Shown: positions 17,593 to 27,622, counted from the first letter of the stretch. The stretch: 64,000 nt of DNA from an uncultured Lentisphaeraceae bacterium (GCA_964440985.1 CAYTWE010000005.1:1206-65205); one strand, 5' to 3'. Translations and numbers: made by a program. Notes: a model not told the origin generated them from the sequence alone.

Positions 17593-18231
17593 TCACTGGT
17601 TCCTGACAATCGCGTGTGACAGCACGGCGAGCGACTGTGCGAGATCCACGTTCTGCACGAGAACTCCGTCAGGCACCGACAGCTGCACGGCGGTGAAGTT
17701 CAGGATGCCCTTGATTCCGGCATCGACAAGCGCATCGGCGCAATCCTGTGCGGCAAGGCTCGGCACCGCGAGAATCGCGAGTTTCAGCTTCAGACGCTTC
17801 ACGAGGTTCTTGAGGTCTTCCATCGGATGAACCTTGACGCCGTGTATGGAAACGCCCTGAAGCTGCTTGTCGGAGTCGAACGCGGCCGCGACGGAAAGGT
17901 TCTGCTCCTCAAATCCGGAGTAGCCGAGAAGTGCGCTGCCGAGCGAGCCAACGCCGATCAGCGCGGCATCCGTCGCATTGTCCCAGCCCAGCGTACGGTT
18001 TATGGCCTCGCAAAGCTCTTTTGCGGGATATCCTCTGCGGGGTCTTCCCGGCACTCCGGCCATTGCGAGATCCTTGCGCGTAAGCACCGTATCGAGACCG
18101 AGGCGTTCGGCAAGCACATAGCTTGAAATGTACAGCTCACCTTCTGCCATCAGCTTGTTGATGGTGCGAAGGTACAGCGGGTAGCGTCGTATTGTCGGCA
18201 ACGGCAGCGAGTTTTCACGTGCAACATCCAT
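17593..18231 (-). CDS. rex: Redox-sensing transcriptional repressor Rex
   Basis: PLPTIRRYPLYL winged helix, TRKDLAMAGVPGRPRRGY, Rossmann GVGSLGSAL, GIKGILNFT. Confidence 0.93.
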   Translation of the reverse strand: MDVARENSLPLPTIRRYPLYLRTINKLMAEGELYISSYVLAERLGLDTVLTRKDLAMAGVPGRPRRGYPAKELCEAINRTLGWDNATDAALIGVGSLGSALLGYSGFEEQNLSVAAAFDSDKQLQGVSIHGVKVHPMEDLKNLVKRLKLKLAILAVPSLAAQDCADALVDAGIKGILNFTAVQLSVPDGVLVQNVDLAQSLAVLSHAIVRNQ

Positions 18232-18238
18232 GCGCCAT

Positions 18239-18247
18239 ATTATACCA
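18239..18247 (-). promoter_or_regulatory. Extended -10 TGGTATAAT, 7 nt upstream of the rex ATG
   Basis: Plus strand ATTATACCA. Confidence 0.7.
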
Positions 18248-18251
18248 CAGA

Positions 18252-18280
18252 TGCATTGCCGTTTGGATATATGCTACAAT
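18252..18280 (+). promoter_or_regulatory. Promoter of the glycosylation cluster; 26/29 identical to 37457-37485
   Basis: TGCATTGCCGTTTGGATATATGCTACAAT. Confidence 0.7.
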
Positions 18281-18290
18281 ACGCGATGTT

Positions 18291-20003
18291 ATGACGAATT
18301 TCAAGTTGACTGATGACGAAGCTGAGAAGTCCCAATCAGATGCGCCGAAACGGTTTTGGTGCGTCTTGTCTGCGTTGCGGCCGACGGGGCGGCGGTTTCA
18401 GCGCATCGCCTGGTTCTCGTCCTTCACCGCCGCATTTGCTGTGTTGGCGGCGTTCGTCTTCTGGGGGACATGGTCGTGTGATGTTGCCCCGGTCATGCCG
18501 GACTGCGTCACTGTTCATCCGACTGCATGGATGGATGTCTTTCGAGATGTCTTGCGGAAATTCATGTCTACCGGCAAGTTCGTTCCGAGCGACATTCTTT
18601 GGGATGGTCTTCTCATCTCGCCGTATTTCTGCCAGGAACTGAAGTATGCCGTTGCGCTCTATTGCGCGGGGCTGGGCCTTGCGTACTTCCTGCGTGGACG
18701 CGGCCTGTCGCGTATAGCATCCTATGGCGCGGGCCTGTTGCTGGCGTTCTGCGGCTACTGGGCGTCGCTCTTCTCCGCCGGTCATGGCGGCTGGTTCATC
18801 TGGATGACGTATGGCGTCTTTGCATTTGGCCTTGCCGACAGGGCGGTGCGCAAGGGGAAGTTGAAGAACTGGCTGCTTCTCGGCGCGTGTGCCGCGTGGG
18901 GCAGTTTCTATCAGCCGGATCTTTGGCTGCTCTTCACGGTTTTGACGGGACTGTATTTCGCATGGTGCTGTGTGCGAGAGCGGAGGCTTCCGTGGAAGGG
19001 TGCGCTTATTGCATCGGTTGTGTTCTTTGCCGTCGGTGCGCCGAGTTTCCGTTCAGCGCTTGTGAGCGACCTCAAGGGACGCGATGCGCAGATTGCCGCT
19101 GGCGAGACGGTCTCCTCCTCGTCGGCCGGTGACGATGCGGAAAAGCGCTGGATATTCGTCACGAACTGGTCGCTGCCGCCGGCTGAGATCGCGGAGTTCT
19201 TCATTCCTCGCCTGAACGGCGACACGAGCTGTCCGCTTACGCTTTCGATCGGTGCACAGTCTGGATCCGGGGTGCGGCCTTACACTGGCGCTCTCGGACG
19301 TCCGAAGGATGCGGCGCAGGGCAACTATCGTCAGCACTCGCTCTACGTTGGTTTCGTGACGTGTCTCCTTGCGCTTGCGGGCGTTGTCTTCGGCTGGCGC
19401 AAGCCGGATGCCCGATTCTTTGCGCTTGCGGCGGTAGTCTTCTGCCTCTTTTCTTTAGGGCGGTATTGCGAGCCGGTGTATCGTCTTGTCTATGCGCTGC
19501 CGTTCGGCGACTATCTGCGTGCGCCTGTCAAGTGGCATCATCTGACGGAGTTCTGCCTGTGCGTTCTGGCGGCGTATGGCATCGAGGGTTTGCTTGGCCT
19601 ATCTATCATGAAAGGAAGGTGCGGGCTTGTGCTTGCAGGGGCGATTGTGCTGATAGGAGCGTTCGACCTTGCGCGAGTCGATCGGCTCTACTGCGCACCC
19701 GTAGATCTGCGGCGCGTCCGCGAGACGGACAGCGAGATGCAGATGAACGTACTCCGTCGCGAGGATTTCTCCAATCCGCAGGTTGCTGAAATGGTGCGGC
19801 GAGGTTCGGTCGTCTCGCTTGCGCACTATCTCGGAAATCCAAACCTGTATCTTGTGGAGATTCTGACGCCGCGCAAGCCGTCGAAGGAACCGTTGCCGCC
19901 GTTCGGCACGGCGGCGGCTTTTGGAGTTCTGTCGATGGCTGGAACGCTTGCCGTGGCGGGCGGATGTGCGCTCGCTTGCCGCCGGGTGGGGGGTGACGCA
20001 TGA
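18291..20003 (+). CDS. Polytopic membrane protein, YfhO-like / GT-C-fold glycosyltransferase
   Basis: More than 10 TM segments; WSLPPAEIAEFFIP, YRQHSLYVG, YLRAPVKWHHL patterns; adjacent to GT2 and GT87. Confidence 0.6.
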   Translation: MTNFKLTDDEAEKSQSDAPKRFWCVLSALRPTGRRFQRIAWFSSFTAAFAVLAAFVFWGTWSCDVAPVMPDCVTVHPTAWMDVFRDVLRKFMSTGKFVPSDILWDGLLISPYFCQELKYAVALYCAGLGLAYFLRGRGLSRIASYGAGLLLAFCGYWASLFSAGHGGWFIWMTYGVFAFGLADRAVRKGKLKNWLLLGACAAWGSFYQPDLWLLFTVLTGLYFAWCCVRERRLPWKGALIASVVFFAVGAPSFRSALVSDLKGRDAQIAAGETVSSSSAGDDAEKRWIFVTNWSLPPAEIAEFFIPRLNGDTSCPLTLSIGAQSGSGVRPYTGALGRPKDAAQGNYRQHSLYVGFVTCLLALAGVVFGWRKPDARFFALAAVVFCLFSLGRYCEPVYRLVYALPFGDYLRAPVKWHHLTEFCLCVLAAYGIEGLLGLSIMKGRCGLVLAGAIVLIGAFDLARVDRLYCAPVDLRRVRETDSEMQMNVLRREDFSNPQVAEMVRRGSVVSLAHYLGNPNLYLVEILTPRKPSKEPLPPFGTAAAFGVLSMAGTLAVAGGCALACRRVGGDA

Positions 20004-20728
20004 AGAAAACCCTTTCCGTCGTGATTCCCTGCTACAACGAGGCGGCCACGTTGCGGGAGATTGTCGCGGCCGTGCAGGCGCTTGCGTCCGACAGTCTCGT
20101 GATAGAGATCCTGATTGTCGATGACTGTTCGACGGACGGAAGCTTGGCCGTTGCAGAGACGCTGGCGGCTGCGTTCCCGTCCGTGCGTGTTCTGCGCCAC
20201 TCCTCCAACCAAGGCAAGGGAGCGGCGCTCAAGACCGGCTTTCTGTCGGCGACCGGCGATTTCGTGTGCGTTCAGGATGCGGATCTTGAGTACGATCCGC
20301 AGGACTTCCTGAAGATGCTGAGGCCGCTTCTCGCTGGCGAGGCGGACGTCGTCTTCGGTTCGCGCTATCTGCAGCGGCACGAGCGTCGTGTCCTTCGCTG
20401 GTGGCATTCGACGATGAACAAGTTTCTGACGCTCTGCTCCAATGTCGCCTCCGACTTGGCGCTGACGGACATGGAGACGTGCTACAAGATGTTCACGAGC
20501 GAAGTGGTGCGCGAGATTGCGCCGCATCTGCAGGAGAGGCGTTTTGGCTTCGAGCCGGAGTGCGTGGCTGCCGTGGCGCGTGGTATGCGGCAGAAGGGAT
20601 GGCGCGTGTGCGAATGTGCGGTGCGGTATCGTCCGAGGACGTTCCTCGACGGAAAGAAGATTGGCTGGCGCGATGGCGTTCGTGCGCTGTGGTGCATTTT
20701 CCGCTACAATCTGCTGGTGCGCAGATGA
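20000..20728 (+). CDS. GT2 polyprenol-phosphate glycosyltransferase (DPM-synthase-like)
   Basis: LSVVIPCYNE, VDDCSTDGS, NQGKGAA, QDADLEYDP, VFGSRY, DMETCYK, GKKIGWRDG. Confidence 0.9.
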   Translation: MKKTLSVVIPCYNEAATLREIVAAVQALASDSLVIEILIVDDCSTDGSLAVAETLAAAFPSVRVLRHSSNQGKGAALKTGFLSATGDFVCVQDADLEYDPQDFLKMLRPLLAGEADVVFGSRYLQRHERRVLRWWHSTMNKFLTLCSNVASDLALTDMETCYKMFTSEVVREIAPHLQERRFGFEPECVAAVARGMRQKGWRVCECAVRYRPRTFLDGKKIGWRDGVRALWCIFRYNLLVRR

Positions 20729-21930
20729 AAAAAGTCTGCATAGTCTGTGCGGCCATCCTCGTGGCGGGGCTTGTCGGCGTTCTTGCGCTGACGTGCTTTT
20801 CCCCGCCGGCAGGACACTACGATTTCAGCCTCCGCATGAACGAGCTGGCGTGTGTGCGTCAACGGATCAACCCCTATGACGTCTGGAGCGAAAAGGTTTC
20901 CCTTCCGCCGTATTATCCGAACACGCACGAAGGTGCGCCGCCGAGCGGCTGTTCGCGGCAGGTGAACGCCTATGCGCCGTGGGAATACGTCGTCATGCTG
21001 CCGTTCTCGTTTGTGCCTGAGGGTGTGGCGTGGACGGTCTATTGCGTGTTGATGGGGCTTTCGCTCCTGCTGTTGCTTGCACTTCCGTGGAAGGGGAAGG
21101 CGGAGAAATGTGAATTCTTGCCGTCCGCCGTCGCATTGCTCGCTGTCGCCTATCCGATCTGGTCGAATGTGTCCGTCGGAAATTTCGCATTGCCCGTTCT
21201 GGCGGCTTCCGCGCTGCTGGCGTGGTCGCTCAATCGCGAGAAGGATACGTTGGCCGGATTCTGCTGGGCGGTTGCCATGCTCAAGCCGCAGATAGCCTTG
21301 ATCTTCGCCATCCCGCTGCTCATGCGCCGCCGGTGGCGCACGGTCTTTGTCGCGGGTGCGGCGTGTCTGCTGCTGTCGGTCGTGGCCGCAGTCACGTGCC
21401 GAGCCTCGGTCGTGGACATGCTTCTCCAGGGTCCGTCCGCGAACACCGGCTTTTTCTTCGGCTGCGGAACGTGGCCGTATTTTCTCTGCTCGCCGGAGAC
21501 GGTTGACGGCGACATCCGGGCCGGGCTTCTCGTCGGCGCGGCGGTCTGCGCGGCGCTGACGGCGCTCGTTCGGCGCGAGAAGGACTGGTTCGTCTTCCTG
21601 ATGCCGGCGGCGATTGCGTCATGCTGCTGGACGTACACGCAGGCCTACAGCCATGCGATGGGCTGGTTTGTGGCGTTCGCGCTGGTGCGCACGCTCCTGC
21701 GCCATCCGCAGTCTCGGTTTTTGTGGGCGCTCGCCGCGCTGGCCGTCTGTTCTCTTTCGCGTGGATTCCTTGCGTGGCATGGTGCTGTCGCGTTTATGGG
21801 AGGGGCGTTCCCGCTGTCGGACTACGCGTTCCGTTGCTTGGACTCGCTCAATTCGACGCTGTCGCTTTGTCTTGCCGCCGCGCTGTGCGTCCATCTGCGG
21901 CGGACGAGGTCGGTTGAAATCATTGCGTGA
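20725..21930 (+). CDS. GT87/DUF2029-family membrane glycosyltransferase
   Basis: YDFSLR..E..., NAYAPW...MLPF, VSVGNF, AMLKPQ motifs; many TM segments; ATGA overlap with the GT2 gene. Confidence 0.75.
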   Translation: MKKVCIVCAAILVAGLVGVLALTCFSPPAGHYDFSLRMNELACVRQRINPYDVWSEKVSLPPYYPNTHEGAPPSGCSRQVNAYAPWEYVVMLPFSFVPEGVAWTVYCVLMGLSLLLLLALPWKGKAEKCEFLPSAVALLAVAYPIWSNVSVGNFALPVLAASALLAWSLNREKDTLAGFCWAVAMLKPQIALIFAIPLLMRRRWRTVFVAGAACLLLSVVAAVTCRASVVDMLLQGPSANTGFFFGCGTWPYFLCSPETVDGDIRAGLLVGAAVCAALTALVRREKDWFVFLMPAAIASCCWTYTQAYSHAMGWFVAFALVRTLLRHPQSRFLWALAALAVCSLSRGFLAWHGAVAFMGGAFPLSDYAFRCLDSLNSTLSLCLAAALCVHLRRTRSVEIIA

Positions 21931-22036
21931 ACTGTCATCGTGCGTGATTCCCGGATGTTGCCGATTCCCATGCAGAATGCGTTGAGGATTAGAGGCTTGC
22001 AGGTGTTTTTTCGATGCGTCCAACAGGGTAGAGTTG

Positions 22037-22045
22037 TGGTATAAT
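22037..22045 (+). promoter_or_regulatory. Extended -10 TGGTATAAT for the V-ATPase D-I-K-MATE unit
   Basis: Read directly; leader with AAGGAG follows. Confidence 0.65.
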
Positions 22046-22074
22046 CATGCGCTCAAGGAGATGACCTTGTAGCC

Positions 22075-22698
22075 ATGGCGAAGATAAAGCTCACAAAGAC
22101 GGAGCTGAAGGCTCAGACGGACGCCCTCAAGCGGTTCCAGCGGTTTCTGCCGATGCTGCAGCTCAAGAAGCAGCAGCTTCAGGCGGAAATAGCCGGAATA
22201 GTGCAGAAGGCGGATCGTGTCTCCGAGCGTGAGACGGAAGAGCGCAAGGCTCTCGATTCGTGGATAGGTCTTCTCGCCGATGGGGGTGAGGATCTGCTTT
22301 CCGGTCTTGTGAAGGTGAAATCCGTGAATACGGGCACCACCAACATTGCCGGGGTTTCGATTCCCGTGTTCGAGTCCATTGACACCGATGTCGGCGAGAT
22401 CGACACCTGGGCGACGCCTGCATGGACTGAGGATGCCGTAAAGGCTCAGACCTCAATCCTTTCGCTTCGGTGCGAGAGGCTTGTGCTTGAGAAGCAGCGC
22501 ACTCTTGTGACGGCCGAGCTTGCGACGACTTCGCAGCGGGTGAACCTTTTCGAGAAGGTGAAGATTCCGGACTGCAAGGAGAACATTCGGGTAATCAAGA
22601 TTGCCATTGGCGATGAGCAGACAGCCGCCGTCACACGCGGCAAGATCGCCAAGAGCCGCACTCCTGAATCCGGCGCAGACGGGGAGGTGTCCGCATGA
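22075..22698 (+). CDS. ntpD: V/A-type ATP synthase subunit D
   Basis: MAKIKLTKTELK..L..FQRFLPMLQLKKQQL, NIAGVSIP, TTSQRVNLFEKVKIP. Confidence 0.93.
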   Translation: MAKIKLTKTELKAQTDALKRFQRFLPMLQLKKQQLQAEIAGIVQKADRVSERETEERKALDSWIGLLADGGEDLLSGLVKVKSVNTGTTNIAGVSIPVFESIDTDVGEIDTWATPAWTEDAVKAQTSILSLRCERLVLEKQRTLVTAELATTSQRVNLFEKVKIPDCKENIRVIKIAIGDEQTAAVTRGKIAKSRTPESGADGEVSA

Positions 22699-24440
22699 TA
22701 GTTCCGATGAAGCGCCTTATGCTGCTTTGCGTTGCGGATGATGCCGGACGCACTCTTGGCAGGCTGCGCGATCTTGGCGTTGTGCACCTTGAGCTGTCTC
22801 AGCGCACCGGATCAGAGGGAACTGTCGCCAAGGGAGAGCTGGAGGATGCCGAGCGGGCGGTGCGGATCGTCATGAAAGCCGCCAAGGAACGTCATCCGCA
22901 GAGCGAAGTGAAAAAGGATGCCCTATGCACTGTCGACGAAATTCTGTCGCTGAACGGTCAGCGCGAAGAGGCGAAAGGCAAGGTTGAGACGCTCCGTGCC
23001 GAAATAAGGCGGTATGAACCATTCGGCGATTTTGACGTTGAACTTGCCAGACGGCTTGAATCGTCCGGCATAAGGCTTCAGCTGTGGGATGACGGGACGT
23101 TTGATTTCATCTACGGTGAAGACCAGCCCATTGGACGGGCCGGTGTGCGTCCGGTTTCGCTTCCTTCCGAACGGCTTGCTGTCCTTCGTGCGCGGCTGAC
23201 GGACGCTGAAGGGGAGGAGAAGAGGCTTGCGGAGAGACTCGCGTCGGCCGATGTTGACGGCATTGCCAGGAGTTTCCCGGAACTGCGCGATGCCGTCGCC
23301 TTTGCGGTGGCAAAGGACGAGATGGAGGCGAACCGCTTTTCCGACGACTCCGTCGTCGGTGCGCCGCAGATATCGCTCGTACGCGGATGGGTGCCGGTCG
23401 ATGGCGTGGAGACGCTGCGCAGCGCTGCGAAGGAATGCGGCTGGGGCATTGCGTTGCGCGATCCAGATGCGGAGGAGAACCCGCCGACGCTGATTCGCCC
23501 GCCAAAGCTGTTCCGTCCGGTCACCGCTCTGTTTGACGGTCTCGGGATCGCTCCCGGCTATACGGAGACGGATGTGTCCGTACCGTTCATGTGCTATTTC
23601 TCGCTCTTTTTCGCGATGCTTGTCGGCGATGGCGGATATGGTGCAATCATCCTTGCGGCAGCTCTATACGGATGGTTCAAGACCAGGCCGAAGAGCGGCG
23701 GTGCGAGACCCGTGGCGGTGTCGAGCTGGCTCACGCTCCTGACGGTGTTCGCCTCCGCCACGATTGCATGGGGATTCCTGTCGAACACTTGGTTCGGGGA
23801 GGGGTTGCCGTTTGCGCAGGACTGGCCTACGGTCAAATGGCTTGCCGATCCGTCCTACAACAACATGATGCTTCTGTGCTTCACAATCGGCGTCTCGCAT
23901 CTGATGTTGGCACGGATCTGGACGGGGCTTTGCACCTTGAACGACAGGACATGCCTGAGCCAGTTTGGATGGGCGGGGGTGCTGCTGTTCATGTACCTCG
24001 TCACGAACTCAATCGTCGGAATCTTTGACGGCATCCCAGTGTGGGGCTACTGGATGTTCGGAGTGTCGCTTGTCTGCATATTCGGCTTTACGCTGAAGGG
24101 CAACGAACTGAAGACCCGCGGCATAGAGCTTGGCATGCTGCCGCTGAACATAATGAGCGCCCTCGGTGACATCATCTCCTACGTGCGTCTGTTCGCCGTG
24201 GGGCTGGCGTCTGTGAAGGTGGCGCAGAACTTCAACATGATGGCCACCGGAATGGATCTGCCGCTATGGCTTAAGATCGTCCCGATGGTGCTTATTCTTC
24301 TTGTTGGGCACGGTTTGAATCTCGCGATGGCGGGGCTATCCATCCTCGTGCACGCGGTGCGTCTGAACACGCTGGAGTTCTCCAGCCACAAGGGCATTTC
24401 GTGGTCGGGGTATGCGTTTGCCCCGTTCCGCAGACATTGA
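22695..24440 (+). CDS. ntpI: V/A-type ATP synthase subunit I
   Basis: GWVP, PPTL, FFAMLVGDGGYG, DIISYVRLFAVGLAS, HAVRLNTLEF. Confidence 0.93.
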   Translation: MIVPMKRLMLLCVADDAGRTLGRLRDLGVVHLELSQRTGSEGTVAKGELEDAERAVRIVMKAAKERHPQSEVKKDALCTVDEILSLNGQREEAKGKVETLRAEIRRYEPFGDFDVELARRLESSGIRLQLWDDGTFDFIYGEDQPIGRAGVRPVSLPSERLAVLRARLTDAEGEEKRLAERLASADVDGIARSFPELRDAVAFAVAKDEMEANRFSDDSVVGAPQISLVRGWVPVDGVETLRSAAKECGWGIALRDPDAEENPPTLIRPPKLFRPVTALFDGLGIAPGYTETDVSVPFMCYFSLFFAMLVGDGGYGAIILAAALYGWFKTRPKSGGARPVAVSSWLTLLTVFASATIAWGFLSNTWFGEGLPFAQDWPTVKWLADPSYNNMMLLCFTIGVSHLMLARIWTGLCTLNDRTCLSQFGWAGVLLFMYLVTNSIVGIFDGIPVWGYWMFGVSLVCIFGFTLKGNELKTRGIELGMLPLNIMSALGDIISYVRLFAVGLASVKVAQNFNMMATGMDLPLWLKIVPMVLILLVGHGLNLAMAGLSILVHAVRLNTLEFSSHKGISWSGYAFAPFRRH

Positions 24441-24471
24441 ATGGATTTCGCAACTAAAAAGGAGTGATAAA

Positions 24472-24918
24472 ATGGAGGTAATGGTTGTTTCTGGCGCGAT
24501 TGCGTGCCTTGGGTTGAGTGCAGCCGGATCGGCGTTCGGGACAGGTCTTGCGGCGGCAGCCGCCGTGGGTGCATGGAAAAAGTGCTATGCGGCCAACAAG
24601 CCCGCCCCGTTCATCCTGCTTGGTCTTGTCGGCGCTCCCATCACGCAGACGCTTTACGGCATGATTCTCATGTTCGTCATGTTCGGCAAGACGGCCATCG
24701 CGGGGGCGGGAGTTCCGCTTCTTGTGCTGGGCATCTTTGCCGGTTTTGCGGTAGGGCTTTCCGCATTCCTGCAGGGACGCGTTGCGGCTGCGGCCTGCGA
24801 TTCGCAGGCGGAGACCGGACAGGGGCTTACGCTGTATTTCGCAGCGCTCGGCATCATCGAGACCGTAGCCATCTTCACGATGGTGTTCACGATCATTGCG
24901 CTCAGCAAGATAGCGTAA
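24472..24918 (+). CDS. ntpK: V/A-type ATP synthase subunit K (c ring), Na+-binding signature
   Basis: Four TM helices; PITQTLY, LQG, IIETVAIF; SD AAAAGGAG. Confidence 0.92.
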   Translation: MEVMVVSGAIACLGLSAAGSAFGTGLAAAAAVGAWKKCYAANKPAPFILLGLVGAPITQTLYGMILMFVMFGKTAIAGAGVPLLVLGIFAGFAVGLSAFLQGRVAAAACDSQAETGQGLTLYFAALGIIETVAIFTMVFTIIALSKIA

Positions 24919-26370
24919 GTGTCTAAGCGGACATCAAGGACGAATGAACTGGCAACGGCCCCGCTGGGGTCGTTGCTTTTCAGATATTCCTGGCCGGCGC
25001 TTGTGGCGATGAGCCTCAACGCGCTCTATGCCGTGGTCGACCGGTTCTACATCGGTCGCGGATGCGGGGAGGCGGCGATGGCCGGCCTTACGCTCACGTT
25101 TCCCGTGATGATGCTGTTTGGGGCGTTTGGCGTGTTCGTCGGTGCAGGACATTCTGCGGTTCTCTCGCTGCGTCTCGGTGAGGGGAATCGCGTTGCCTGC
25201 GAAAAGCTTCTTGGACAGCTTGTGGCGTTCAAGCTGCTGTTCTTTCTTGTTCTCTCGCCTCTCGTGTTCTTCAATGCCGACACGGTGCTGAACTGGTGCG
25301 GCGGCGGAAAGGTGTCCTCAGCCGCATTCGCCGCCGCGAAGGGATACCTGCGGCTTGTCGTGTTTCCGATGTTATTCAGCCACCTTGCGTTCGGTCTTTC
25401 CGCGATGATGCGGGCGGAGGGGAATGCGGTGAACTCGATGGTCTGCATGGTGGTCGGTTTCTGCGCAAACCTGCTGCTCGATCCGCTGTTCATCTTCGGC
25501 GTGGATCTGCCGGCTCTCGGCGTAAGGATTGAACCGCACGGAATTGAGGGTGCGGCGTGGGCCACGAACATTGCGATGTTCCTCAGTTTTCTCTGCGCCG
25601 TCAGCTACTACCTGCGCGGACGCAGCACGGTGAAGTTCCGGCTGAAGCGCATTGGCTTCCACAAGGGACTGTTCATCAAGCCCATGGGAATCGGCATGGC
25701 GCCGTTTCTGCAGCAGCTGATGGGCGCACTGATAAACCTTTCCCTTGCGGCGGCGTTTGCGCACTGGGCGCAGGATGAGGCTTCGGCGACGATGCAGGTG
25801 GCGTCCCTCGGCGTATTCCAGAGCGTCATGATCATCACTCTGATGCCGATGTTCGGCACACAGCAGGGCATACAGCCGATTCTTGGATACAACTGGGGAG
25901 CGAGGAACTTCATGCGGGTGAGGCAGGCGCTCCTGCTCGGATTTTGGATTACGACCGCCATCTGTGCGGTCGCCTGCGCCGCCCAGGTGATTCCTCCGTT
26001 TCCACGGCTTCTTGCGCGGATATTCATTGAAGGCGGCAACGCTGCGCTGCTTGAGACCGCCGCGCACGATCTCGCGATAGCCAACTGCATGGTATGGACG
26101 ATCTCGATAAACGTGGTTGCAACTACGTATTTTCAGTCCATAGGCCATCCGCGCACGGCGATATTCCTGTCGATGCTGCGCCAAGGCGGATGTCTGCTTC
26201 CGTGCATATGGCTGCTGCCGCTGATGGCGTCCAAGACCGGACTCTTCGCGCCGACGCTCGGCGTATGGCTCGCCTTGCCGGCCTCGGACATTCTTTGTCA
26301 GCTCGCGACGATACCGCCGGTGCTTTCGCACCTCCGCTTTCTCGGCAAGTGCGGCCAGCGCGTGAGATGA
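24919..26370 (+). CDS. MATE-family efflux transporter
   Basis: LLFRYSWPALVAM, VVDRFYIG, MRAEGN, NLLLDPLFIF, GIEGAAWAT, QGIQPILGYNWGA. Confidence 0.9.
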   Translation: MSKRTSRTNELATAPLGSLLFRYSWPALVAMSLNALYAVVDRFYIGRGCGEAAMAGLTLTFPVMMLFGAFGVFVGAGHSAVLSLRLGEGNRVACEKLLGQLVAFKLLFFLVLSPLVFFNADTVLNWCGGGKVSSAAFAAAKGYLRLVVFPMLFSHLAFGLSAMMRAEGNAVNSMVCMVVGFCANLLLDPLFIFGVDLPALGVRIEPHGIEGAAWATNIAMFLSFLCAVSYYLRGRSTVKFRLKRIGFHKGLFIKPMGIGMAPFLQQLMGALINLSLAAAFAHWAQDEASATMQVASLGVFQSVMIITLMPMFGTQQGIQPILGYNWGARNFMRVRQALLLGFWITTAICAVACAAQVIPPFPRLLARIFIEGGNAALLETAAHDLAIANCMVWTISINVVATTYFQSIGHPRTAIFLSMLRQGGCLLPCIWLLPLMASKTGLFAPTLGVWLALPASDILCQLATIPPVLSHLRFLGKCGQRVR

Positions 26371-26397
26371 CGGGATTCCACTCCGTCCGGCGGCGCA

Positions 26398-27579
26398 TCA
26401 CCTTTCGGAAGATTTGAGAGGACGGCAGTGTGACGGAGGATGACCGCACTTGAGCTTGTACAGGCGCGTGAGATGCGTTGCGGACGAAAAACCGCACTGT
26501 TCTGCGATGCTGACGATCGATGCGTCCGTCTCACGAAGCAGCTTGGACACCCGTTCGAGCCTGGCGTTGATGATGCTGGCGTAGACGCTGGTCTTTTCGT
26601 GTTGCCGGAAACGCAGGTTGAGCAGCGACTGCGATACGCCGAGATGCCGTGCGACATCCGCCACGGTTATAGGCGACTGCGCATTTGCTGAGATGTAGTT
26701 CAGCGCACGCTCAACAAGCGATGCGCCGAGGTTCAGTTGGCAGGTCGAGTCGCGCACCACTATGCGCCGAGGCGGAATCCACAGGACTTGCGGGCGGAGG
26801 GCTGGCGTTTGAAGACGCATCAGCCGCTCTAAGGCGCATGCACCCTCGTAGCCCTCGCGACGGTAGTCGGGCGCGACGCTGGACAGGCTTGGAACGGATG
26901 TCGCGCAGAAGATGGGGTTGTTGTCAACTCCGAGGACGGAGATGTCACCTGGAATGCGCAATCCGGCTGCCCTGCAGGCTTCAAATGCGCTGGTGCTGTG
27001 GTAGTCGCCAGCGAGAAGGAGTGCGGACGGCTTCGGCAGCGCCAGCAGATAGCGTTGAAGTGCCTCATTGTATGTGGAGGAGCAAAAGGTCGCTCCGGTA
27101 GAGAAGACGCGAACGGTGCGTCCGTGCATCTGGAGTTCGCATCTGTAGCCGCGCAGACGGAGGCGTGACCAGCGTGAGGCGGGTATGTCTGGCAGAAAGG
27201 CGAATGAGCGAAAGCGTCCCAACGAAAGGAAATATTGCGCGGCCATCCGTCCTATCAGGCGGTTGTCAGCTCCGAGAAAAACTACGGACTGCCGCCGTCT
27301 GCAAAGCCGGTCGTCCGTGTTGCCGAGAGCGACAAGCGGCATCTGCACGTCGCGCAAGCAGACGCCAAGCTCATTGGAGAGCGGATGGTTGACAAGGATG
27401 CCGTCAATGCCATCGGCCCGGGCGGATTCGACAAGTGTGCGCGTGAGCGTCAAAGGTGGCGTAATCAGCCGGACGTTCCATGGATGCTGCCTTTCCCGGA
27501 TGTAGTCAAGGACGCCGGAGAGAACGTCTATGCTGGCCGGATTGACGGTTTGGAAGGAGAGTATGACGCTTTTACCCAT
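26398..27579 (-). CDS. XylR-type regulator (periplasmic-binding-protein-like sensor plus AraC HTH)
   Basis: IPGDISVLGVDN, SLSSV, C-terminal ITVADVARHLGVS...RLERVSKLLRETD.SIVSIAEQCGFSS. Confidence 0.88.
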   Translation of the reverse strand: MGKSVILSFQTVNPASIDVLSGVLDYIRERQHPWNVRLITPPLTLTRTLVESARADGIDGILVNHPLSNELGVCLRDVQMPLVALGNTDDRLCRRRQSVVFLGADNRLIGRMAAQYFLSLGRFRSFAFLPDIPASRWSRLRLRGYRCELQMHGRTVRVFSTGATFCSSTYNEALQRYLLALPKPSALLLAGDYHSTSAFEACRAAGLRIPGDISVLGVDNNPIFCATSVPSLSSVAPDYRREGYEGACALERLMRLQTPALRPQVLWIPPRRIVVRDSTCQLNLGASLVERALNYISANAQSPITVADVARHLGVSQSLLNLRFRQHEKTSVYASIINARLERVSKLLRETDASIVSIAEQCGFSSATHLTRLYKLKCGHPPSHCRPLKSSER

Positions 27580-27586
27580 GCGTTGC

Positions 27587-27595
27587 ATTGTAGCA
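27587..27595 (-). promoter_or_regulatory. Extended -10 TGCTACAAT, 7 nt upstream of the regulator ATG
   Basis: Plus strand ATTGTAGCA. Confidence 0.65.
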
Positions 27596-27622
27596 TAAAG
27601 ATTTTGAGCTTGGATAGGCTTG

